From assembly GCF_006345805.1 (NCBI RefSeq), contig NC_043009.1, forward strand, positions 19,964,001 through 20,028,000: a stretch of DNA of 64,000 bases, in the 5' to 3' direction. The notes under the pieces are model-generated. The model was not told where the DNA came from. It ran no database searches and saw nothing but the letters and a program-made list of their open reading frames with translations. Of the stretch, positions 51,017-64,000 are shown in pieces. Source of the stretch: Octopus sinensis (Eukaryota). Each line of letters begins with the position of its first letter. Position 1 is the first letter of the stretch. The translations under genes and the position numbers were made by a program.

Positions 51017-53344
51017 TATTATTTGTTTTTTTATTATATCAAATACTCATTACTGATAAAGCTTCTCTACACTTTAAAAATAATTAGTAACAGAGGTTAA
51101 TTAGCACTCAGCCCCATGAAGATAAAAAAGTGTTAATGTTTTTCTGTAGAGAGTTTCAACTGTGTGGGTATATTAACTATAGAGCGTATCTGAGGGACAT
51201 TGAATCATTATCTTGCTTTTCCATTTCTCCAAATGTAAGATAGGAATTGAACAGATGTTCCCCCCCACCATATCTGCTCACCACCACCCATCCACCCAGC
51301 AACAGAGAAACAACAGGCCAACTCTGTAATGTTGAGTGTTGTTATTTCTATGGCTGTCCATAGATGTCACCCCCATCACTGACAATTTTATGGCATGAGT
51401 ACAGTTCATTGAAATGTCACTGATAAGGCTGGAGAGTTGCCTCTAAAAGTCACTGTATACACATATACATACATACTTTACATACACAAATATAAAGCCT
51501 CAATGCCTATCTGTTCTAAAACGTTTTTGCAATTCCTCAGTGAATCTTTACCAAAATTTATAAATACTTACAAAATCATCCTACAATGCATGAAGAAAAA
51601 AAAAAGTTGAAAAACTCCCTGGGGTAATATCTCTGCATTTCATGCTCAGCTGGCATGCACCCACCCACAGCCTGATATATATTTATATATATACCTTTGA
51701 CTACAACAAAGGTATCACCATGATAACAACAAAAGTAGACAGACCTTGTTATAAATAAACAATGCTTCAACTTGTATGCTTCCAGAGGAACAAATCTGAA
51801 TTCATACCCTCAGCTTTTTGCTAATACAGGACCACCTAAAATGCCTCTGAGAGAGTGAGAAAGAGAAGGAGAGAGAGAGATTCTTTATATTTCCTTTTCC
51901 TTAGCCTAAGCTTGTTACAAAGTTACATCTTACACCAAACAGTTGTTTCAACTTTGTTATCTTCTGCCAAAATAAAAAAGAATTCTGTCGAAGAGATTGT
52001 ATTTTACTCATCCCCATTGCCAATATTACAGCCAAGGTTTTACCATAACATCTATCGTAAAAGACAGAAAATACTGCACTCATACATTGAAGAAAATTTA
52101 TTCAATAAAATCCACTAAACTTATTATTAGTCGTCATGTGAATCTAACATGGAATTTTATGGAACTTAACTTCAAACATCCGAAATATACACAATAAAAT
52201 TTGTTACTTGAAACCATCTGCCATTTCCAATTAAATCTTAACTGTAACTTTTAAGTAATATTTGATCAGAACATCAATAAAAGGTCATCCACTATTTCTT
52301 TTACCACTAAATTCTTTCACAGTTTGTTTACAGATTCAAATTTAGGTTAAGAACTCTGCCACACACATTAAAAGACATTAAAACCTCACAGCTCAACATT
52401 TTAATCCATTTACAACCCATCGCCACCAAATTGGGAATAATATGACCTAAATTGTTGTTTGCCACTAAATTTTTTTACAATTTTATATGGAATTACATGA
52501 AAATATATTGATTACAGTAATATTGCTTTAATCATTTTACTTTTAGTGCAGACACAGGTTGGTGTTCTATCTATGACAGATGTAAACAATTTTATGTTGT
52601 ATAGTTTTTATTGCATGAAAAGAAAGGAATCAGAGATCAAAATCTTGAACAAATATAGCGCTGTTTGCTTGGCATCATTTCCTATTTTCTATTACATGTG
52701 ATGAGTTTGGAGGCTCACAAATGGAGAAAGGACTGCCAGGAAATCCAAGTGGAGGAAAACTGGAGAAGTGCAAGGTCAAGGTAGACATGGACAATAATGA
52801 AAGCTGATTTTAGGGTGTTGATAATTACAAAAGATAAAAGGGACACAACAAAGGTGAGACACTGTGTTGGAAAAAAAAAAAACTGTCCAACCCATGAAAG
52901 CATAGAAAAGCAAACAAAGGTGACGATGATGATGAATAGACTGCTTGGTTACAAGTTTCTAATGGTAACTCACTGGTCCATTACATTTACAGTGGTCAGA
53001 GGGACAAGAGATTGTCTGAAACTGAAGCAGAATAAATGTCCAAAAACATCAGTCCGTCCGTTTCATTGTCTTGCAGATATTTTTGTGTTTCACAGAAACA
53101 AGCACACACACGAGTTTCTGTAGGTGCCATCTATCAAATGATTGGTCATCCAAAGGTAAAGGTAAAAGACACCTTCCCAGGCGAGACTGCAGCTATCTTG
53201 GAACTGATCTCAATGATACAGAATGGTAACCAGAACTGAAAACAACAGTCATAATATGAAATGGCGGGAGAGTAATCTTCTTCAGGTTGAGAGGTGAGTC
53301 TTCTAAAATATTCAATCAACAGAAAGGATGACTCATAGAATTAT

Positions 53345-53715
53345 CAGGTAAATGGCAGAGTATTCCACAGACACAAGTAATTCTCAAAGAGAATCAATGG
53401 CCTGGATCTCCGTTGATTATGACAATGAGGGTCACAGTTGATCCCATCATCAGAACAGCCTGCTTGTGAAATTATCGTGCAAGAGGCTGAGCATTCCACA
53501 GGCATGTCTACCCTTAATGTATTTCTCAGCAAGACACAAATGTGACAAGGCTGGTCCTTGGAATTACAGGTACAACATATTTTTGCCAGCTGAGTGAACT
53601 GGAAACAACATTAAATAAAGTGCCTTGCTCAAGGACACAACTTACTGCTGGGAATCAAACTGATGAGCTTACGATCATGAGGTGAATACCCTAACCACTA
53701 AGCCAGAGGCTTTCA
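53345..53715 (-). mobile_element. tRNA-derived SINE with CORE-like segment
   Basis: Minus strand TGGCTTAGTGGTTAGGGT (A box), GTTTGATTCC (B box), TTGAGCAAGGCACTTTA. Confidence 0.75.
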
Positions 53716-55255
53716 CAGAAGAATCACCAGGAGAGAGTGAGTGACAAGGTTAGTGGTCCCTTCAAGAACAATCCATCTGACAGGTTTCTGTCGATCTTAC
53801 TTGAGTTGACCTGACACCACCATGCAATGGGACTGAACTCTGCACCTTGAGATTGCAAAGTAGCCTCCTTAACCATTCAGTCATGCCTACTCGCAAATGC
53901 ACAGGCTTTCAGATTGGTGATGCACATTTCCAACAATGAGAACGACAAGGAAGTATTGGTAATTTAGGCAGAACAAATACCACAAGGCAAATCTGTTTTA
54001 TGCATTAGTTTACTGTTCTCATCAATATACATTTGTTGTTGGTGTGTGATTGGCCTATTAGAAAGCCATAACCAAGATACAAAATACAGGATATAAAAAC
54101 AAAGAAAAAAAGCCACACTTTGTTACCGCAGAGTTGGACACCTTTGGCATAAAAAATATGGAGACTAGCTCAGTATTTTCAAAGTGTGAAGAAGGCCAGT
54201 GAAACAGAGATGTATGTTACTTGAAAATCAAGGGTTGGTGACTGGAGAGGCATCTGACTAAGAATACAGTTTCAATAAGTTTTAGCATAGTTTCTACAGC
54301 CAGATGCCCTTCCTAACATCAATCATTTGGCTGGGAGAATTGGGGATAATTTTTCATGGTGTCACCAGTACTAATGAGGTACACCAGAGGTTGCAAGAAT
54401 CTCTACAACTGAGGGGGGGGGGCAAGATAAGGGTAATGGAGAAGAGGGACCTGTATTATAACACAGGTTCTATGTTTCACCCTCACCATTTGACATCTGA
54501 AGAATATGTTTAGACATTATGACAAACTTATTAGAAGATAGGAGAGAACTTTTCATTACCATTTCCAGAACAGTCTAAAAGACCAGAAAGACCGAGTTGT
54601 CACTATTAAAAGAATTAGAAACCACTATTAATGGAGAGGAAAAAAACTAAACTAGAGCTGCTAGGGAGAGATTGACAAAGATTCAGATAACAGTAATTAG
54701 TTGCAGCAGGAAAAGATGGTAGGAAGTTATTGGAAGTTTGTACGACATGTAGAGAAGTATTTGCACAAAACATTTGGTACATCTCCAGATGCCATACAAA
54801 ACTGATCTAAATTAACCAACTTTAATTAATGATCTTTTCCAGTACTGATCAGCATTAGTTTGCTTTTTGTTTTTGTTCTTTTTTATTTGTTAGAAGAGAG
54901 TTTGACTAGAATGTCAGCAACAGATGGGGTACAATTCCTAGATGAGATGCTCGGGTTCTCTATGGGCCTGACCTTTTTCTAAAAATGCTTAAAATTTAAT
55001 ACATTTGTGAGCCAATGAGCAGCTGATGGATTTTAGATAGCCTTTTGTGTCGCAACTTATTTGATTTTTTAATTACACAAGCAATACCAGTGATAACATA
55101 GGGACATTTTTATATGTGAGAATAGATGTGGTCCATGGGCAAATGTAAAGCAAAATTCCACAGAAGGCCATTATAAAAACTAGTTGTTGGTCTCTGAACT
55201 ACATTAACACTGATAAGGACTTCAACTTGGTTTTTGACTAACTTTAAATGGTTTT

Positions 55256-55720
55256 ACTACTTGTACTTTTGGCAACATTCACCCTGGGCGGGTTGAGTCG
55301 GCTTCTTCTACCACCCTCGAGGCATCTCGAACCATGGCAGCCCACGCACGCCGGTCCTGCACCAATTCACTGGAGATAGCAAGCCAATCATGGTTCCATC
55401 GGCACAGGCCGACCACCTGCGGTCAAGTTATTCACCATTGAGAATTCATGGAAGAAGTTTCGTGAGAATATGTGGATTTCACAAGCGGTCCCCAACAATC
55501 CTGCTTGTGGAGACATCCTGTTTGCCGCAGATTGTCCGCAGGGACAGAACGACCGAGGAGCCGCTGGTTGCCGAATCAGACACTCTAAATGGTTTTACAT
55601 AGCAAAAAGCGTTGGAAAGAAGAACACAGCAGTAGCTTTGCTGGGATTTTCTAACATTAGAGGAAAACTGTGTCGAGAATCTTTTGAGGAGAGGGAAAAA
55701 ACAAGAGATAACCTCAATAT
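55256..55720 (-). mobile_element. RTE LINE 3' fragment resembling the SR2/SjR2 type
   Basis: Minus frame GLCRWNHDWLAISSELVQDRRAWAAMVRDASRVVEEADSTRPG, TGA at 55281-55279, then an AAGTACAAGTA tail. CpG-rich. Confidence 0.8.
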
Positions 55721-56397
55721 TTCTCATATCGATATTCTTCCATTTCTAACTGCGAACAAATGCCCGGGTAGCTGTCGATTGATTCATAATCTTCTTTTCT
55801 TAACCTCCAACATTAGAGTTGCAGAATATTATTTTATAGTGATTGGATTACAATGTGCCATGATGTGTGTGTGTGTGTAACTGAGTGCATGCGTATGAGG
55901 CATCTGTTAGAAAAATCAATGGACCAACAACAGCTTACGTTAACTCTACTAAGTATGATACATGAAGCTAGTACAACTCTATTTTGGATCGGGTGCTCTA
56001 AAGAAGTTTTGCATTTAAAAAACTATTTGGTACTTTTAATCAGAAGGAATCAAGTGAGAAATGCTGTAATGTGGTTTAAAATGAAAAAAAACGATAAGAG
56101 TGACATTGTAAAGATTAAAGTATGTTTTTTCTTTTTCGTTTTTTCTAGTCATCTAATCTGCACACATCACTAACAACAGGAAGGTAAGCTTGTTCAGTCT
56201 GTAGTGGAAGAGAGTAAGTAGAAACACTAGACTCAATTGCAGTGCAACTAATGGATGGAGAGGACAATTGCATTAGCAGCAGCCTGACACTGCACTCACT
56301 TTGTTGCAAGTCTTCAAATTGCATTAGCTCAGTTGAAGAGAGCAGCCAAAGTCACCGAGAAAGACCATCACCTGAAGAACAAATTGACTATAGCTAG

Positions 56398-56600
<203 letters not shown>

Positions 56601-57813
56601 GATCCTTCGTTAATCAAGCCAACAAACCAGACAGGTAATAATAAGATGACCATCTCAGCTGCACTGACTTGAAGAGATTAACAAAATATTTACAATCTGC
56701 ACACATACAGGACAAACAAATGAACTCACCAGTGACAAGATCCCTTAATCCTTTGGTCACATTGATTAAAACAAAACTATTACAACAACATCAAAAGCAA
56801 ATATAACAGGTTACTTGCAAAAGACACCCATTATTTTCTTGTACAGCACAGACTGCATAACAGCAGTAAGGTGAAGGAAAAAGAATAAAGCTGGGTTACG
56901 TTTGTAATGTGAACTTTTATATGGATAGACTAGATTTCCTTGAGCTTTAAATGTTTTCCGTGCTGTCATGAGTTAAACGAAACTGCTGACTCATATTTCA
57001 TACGATGACAAATAATGAACGGGCTGACATTGGAGGTGTTAGTTCTCTCGAGGCAGCTGACGTGGTTAAAAAAACCTTACCAGAAATATCTGTCTTCCAG
57101 AGCTCAACATGGAAATCAAAGTCAAACTGCTGTATAGCCTTTAGTCAATACAGATTTAATGAAGATAGTTTCGATTTTAAAAATAGACAAGGGTGTTTGG
57201 TAACCTGGAAACATTACCATTAGGCAGTAATAGACAAAATTTAGATAATGGAATAGATGGAAGGAACAGCTGAAGAGAAAGAAATATCACCCAACAAAAC
57301 AAAGATTCTCAAATTTCAGTGTAAATAATTAAAAAGGACTGTCAACTATTCTCTATTAAAACTAATGAGAGTATCATAAAATAATTAAGATTACAGCCTT
57401 ATTATATTCTTTATTAACACTCATGAAAGTCATACAAAATAATAATATTGGCTTTTTTTAATTATCAGTTTGCTCAAAGTGCAATGAAAATTCTTAATTA
57501 TGTCTTATACAGAAAATTATGGAACAGAAATTTACAGAAAAATAATTCAGTTGTTCAAATTTTTGTAAAAGACAAGTTTGTTATAAATAGGATTCGTAAT
57601 TTAAGAATAGAAGATTATCAAAGGATTTGGGATTATGTCCAGCAAAACAGTATTCTCAGAAATACAGAAATCATTTGGAGGAAGAATTAGAAAAAGTTAG
57701 TGCTCCAAGCGGCTGAGGTATATGAGAAGAAACTTTACAACAAAGCCATAGAGTATGGTGAGGAAAGTTGAGATGTTCTATGTACCCATGTTAGATTCTA
57801 GAATAATCTTTAA

Positions 57814-58028
57814 CCCTTTACCATTGAAACCAACCACATCTGGCCCAAATATTCTACCTATTTTATGCTCAAATTAGCCAGATCAGGCCTCTCACACCTA
57901 CCCTAAAATGTCATTCTAAAAATAAACAATCAAACCATCAAAATCTCAAAGCTACAAGATAATGTGTGATTAATTCAAAACAATGGGAATAAATAAGGAT
58001 TAGATTAGATAATATAAATGCTGAAGGG
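57814..58028. mobile_element. TTAA-target MITE, same family as 16781-17001, opposite orientation
   Basis: TTAA | CCCTTTA ... TGAAGGG | TTAA. Internal ATCAAAATCTCAAAGCTA is the reverse complement of TAGCTTTGAGATTTTGAT in the first copy. Confidence 0.8.
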
Positions 58029-59220
58029 TTAAAGTATCCACAATGTCATCAAAATGGAAGTTTTGGGTTCAATCACAATGTGCAGCACCTCAAGTTAACC
58101 AGGGGCTTGAGTGTAAAATATGGCAAATGGAAACTTTGTGCAAGTCCTTGTGTGTGTGTAGTAATAGTAGTAGTAGTGCTCGACTTTGCAATGAAGGAGG
58201 TATGTTTGTCTATATATCAGTTGTCCAACAAACACACCCTCACACTCATGCTATAACCATGCCACAACACTAAACACACACACAGGTTGAAGGTTATAGA
58301 AAAATGTCAGTCTGTCTAACATCAAAATATTAGCTGTTTGCTGAATTTTATATTGAATTTCATGGATTCAATTAGCATCGTTATAATGAATTGGGAATTA
58401 TTTTTAATATTTATAGTTTTAGCATGGATACATGGAGCATATTCTTGAAATGTGCACACACACACATACATTATATACATACATACAAATGTGGATAGAG
58501 AAACAGATACACCTGTATTAAATAGACACAGACATTCCTGGAGTGCATACACATATATATATGTAATAAACCTCCCACCCCTCCAAATACGTATCCAAAG
58601 ATACATATTGGGGGAGGGGGGTTCATTACATGCATTCTTGAAGAACAGCATCATTGGATGTAGGAACTGAAAATGGTGTCCATAAAGTTAATTCCTGGTT
58701 TCCTACATTGGTGAGTAACAAGATATTTGCGCACTTTCCAGTCAACTAAGATGGTTTCAAATGAAGACTTCTGGAAGTCTGTTTCCATATATTTATAGCA
58801 AAGTGCCATAGTGTTCTATCTAATGTGTTGATCTTGGCACCAGGAATTGAGTGGGTGTGTACAGGTGGGAAAGAATTATTCCATTTATAGAAAATGGCTT
58901 TAGTGGTACAGTGGAAGCATATCTCGAATTCCTACCGATTGTAACTCGCATATTTTATAAGACCCTGTTGTTAAAGCATCTTGTGTAAAATGCTGATGAC
59001 AAGCTTTTGATTGATTCCCTAAGGATTTTGATGATTCTTAGAGCCTTTTATTAGACCAAGTTGATATGGCAGAGTATACCATAAATCATTCATTCAAGAT
59101 AAACATGCTACATGTTTCAGACATGCACTTTGTTGACAGTGGCACTTCCTTGCCGGTCTAGTTTATCTCTGCAATAATTTCACATGGCATTCCTTTCTTT
59201 TAGCAGCTTTGTCATGCAAG

Positions 59221-59255
<35 letters not shown>

Positions 59256-59699
59256 TGTGTGCATGCTGACAATAAACTCAGATTTGATGGTTGCTTCCAC
59301 TTACATCATAAACCTGAAGCTGTTTCAATTTGCTTACAATGCCCAGAGTTGGAGGTTTGATGAAACTGTTTTTCTTGTTATAACCATTCCTTTACACTTG
59401 TATTCTGGCAAGAGGTTCAAACCTGATAAGATCCGTTTATGACGCCAGCAGCTGAACAACTTTCTTTTAGCATCAAATGCCAAACAAAGAAGTGGGACGT
59501 ATTGTGGATTTATATTGTCATTTCAATATCCACTTTCCCATGCTTGCATGGGTCAGATGGAGTTTACTCCCAGGCAGATCTTCCACGGCTGGATGCCCGT
59601 CTTGTTGCCAACCCTCACCTGTTTCCATAATTGGACAGATTTATGTAGAATATTAGAAACAAATAACACAGCTTGACAGTCACAACTACCACGCAATGC

Positions 59700-60260
59700 C
59701 AACACAAGCACACAGACATACACAACCGTCTGTATCAACTGAACTATTGGAATGTTGTTAAACACCACTGGTTACAATGCACTTCCAATTCTTTCTTGAT
59801 CATGTCCTCCTCTTCCATCTTAGCTCAAATCATTAAAAAAAAACTGTCTTCCCAACACCATGGAGGCCTTCCAAGTGACCTTTTCCATTTTCTTGCAGTC
59901 CACCTGATCTTCCACAAACCTTGCAATATGTCCAACTCAGCAAAATTGAGCTCCCAGTATTCTGCAGTCACATCATCCACTTTGAATATGCTCTCACAAT
60001 GATATTCCCAGCATGTACCTTTCCAACGACCCTTTGCATCACAGCCAATCAATGTTCTTTCCTCTTTATAACAGCCCATATCTCACTCACGTAGATCTGG
60101 GGGTAAACTAGATCCAAACTCAGTGCCTGTTTCAGACATAGGCAGTCTTCATAACACCTTTGTAGGCTAGAAATGCAGGGTCTGCAAGCTGTATTTAGAA
60201 ACAGAAAACAGTCAGGGTTTATACTTTATATCTTGTAAATGTGTTGTCGGAGGCCTTTCT
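59700..60260 (-). mobile_element. Decayed RTE-like LINE C-terminal fragment
   Basis: RWKGTCWE..DD..RKWKRSLGRPP..WED resembles the RTE RW.GH..GRP..W.D region. Confidence 0.45.
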
Positions 60261-60464
60261 GCACACTGGAACATAAAGAAGAGCAATAGAGTTATCAGAG
60301 AGAAACATGTCATTTTATTATTTCAATACTTCATCCTTGGATTATTTCACTTATCATGTTTGTTGGTATTTTTGTAATTAATACCATTATTTTGATTACT
60401 AATTTTTAGTAGAAGAATACTGTGATGTTTGTGTGTGTGTGTGTGTGTACACATTTCATCATCA

Positions 60465-60835
60465 TCATCATTTAACATCTGCCTTTCCATGCTGGCATGG
60501 GTTGGACGGTTTGACTGAGAACTGGTGAGCTGGGACGCTGCACCAGGTTCCAATCTGATTTAGCAAGGTTTCTATAGCTGGATATCCTTCTTAACATCAC
60601 CAACTCCGAGAGTGTTGTGGTGCTTTTTATGTGCCACCAACACGGGTGCCAGTCAGGCGGCACTGGTATCAGCCACACTCAAATGGTGCTTTTTACATAC
60701 CACCAGCATGGGTGCCAGTCAGGCAACACTGGCATCGGCCACAACTACGATCTCACTTGGCTTGAAGAGTCTTCTCAAGCACGGCATATCTCCGACAGTC
60801 TCGGTTGCTTGTCATTACCTCTGTCAGGCCCAACA
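60465..60835 (-). mobile_element. 5'-truncated RTE copy (last ORF codons plus 3' UTR)
   Basis: Matches 43810-44400, including TGCTTGAGAAGAC..AAGCCAAGTGAGAT and the GTTAAATGATGATGATGA tail. Confidence 0.8.
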
Positions 60836-61197
60836 TATATATATAATATATATTTATACATTTTTACATAGATATATTCTCTTGTTTTATTATTATTATT
60901 TTATCACTACCATAAATATTATCAAGGAGGAAAGCTGGCAAAGTCACTAGCACTTAGACCTGGTGCCTAGTGTCATTTCTTCCAGCTCTTTGCACTTGGA
61001 GTTCCGATGCCACCAGGGTCAGCTGTGCATTCATCCTTTTAGGGTAGAGGAATGCAGTGCCAAGCCAGTCAGCCAGGAGAGTTGAAGTAATCAACTGAAC
61101 CCTTTTCTAATATTTTACTGGCTTTGGGTTAGACTTGGTACACTTTTTTATTGTTGAGATTTTCATAACTTTTAAAACTGTTATTACTCTTCTCGTT

Positions 61198-61375
61198 AAG
61201 GCAGAATCATTAGCATGCCAGGCAAAATGCTTGGCAGTATTCATCTGTCTTTACATTCTGCATTCAAGCTCCAGAGGTCGACTTTGCCTTTCGTCCTTTG
61301 GAGATTGATAAAATAAGTACCAGTTGTGTACTGGGTTTGATGTAATCGATTTACCCACCCCCTCCTCCCAAATTT
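61198..61375 (+). mobile_element. tRNA-derived SINE truncated by the assembly gap
   Basis: GGCAGAATCATTAGCA..GAGGTCGACTTTGCCTTTCGTCCTTT..GATAAAATAAGTACCAGTTG. Confidence 0.8.
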
Positions 61376-61475
61376 NNNNNNNNNNNNNNNNNNNNNNNNN
61401 NNNNNNNNNNNNNNNNNNNNNNNNNNNNNNNNNNNNNNNNNNNNNNNNNNNNNNNNNNNNNNNNNNNNNNNNNNN
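61376..61475. other. Scaffold gap (100 N)
   Basis: Exactly 100 N. Confidence 1.

Positions 61476-64000
<2,525 letters not shown>

Noticed and set aside
19750-53715. tRNA genes
   Set aside because: A/B-box segments continue into SINE bodies and do not give a full cloverleaf; they are SINE heads.

Overview
AT-rich, repeat-dense animal genomic DNA. The SINE/RTE repeat set and the kb-scale (TA)n arrays look most like an octopod cephalopod; this is an inference, not checked by search. Two host genes lie on the minus strand. (1) A complete neurocalcin/hippocalcin-like neuronal calcium sensor CDS (191 aa, two coding exons, 42812-42435 and 33776-33579), followed by several kb of TE-depleted AT-rich DNA that looks like a very long 3' UTR. 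(2) Exon 1 of signal peptidase complex subunit 3 (SPCS3, 13615-13473), which the ORF track missed; its first intron runs off the left edge. That intron holds a young, CpG-rich Tx1/L1-clade LINE (1-4829) and a CR1-group LINE (5564-9000), both abutting long (TA)n arrays. The rest contains RTE LINE fragments, tRNA-derived SINEs, two copies of a TTAA MITE, an internally deleted piggyBac, a DD37D (maT) relic, microsatellites and a 100-N gap. No wholly new system is demonstrable from sequence alone. Best leads: the ATG exon of neurocalcin (399 nt, no in-frame stop, flanked by inverted repeats, so a possible endless-ORF circRNA), a ~145-nt hairpin in the putative long 3' UTR, LINE pile-up on (TA)n, a CCCH finger in a CR1-group ORF1, and evidence that a common SINE-like repeat is the 3' UTR of an RTE LINE.
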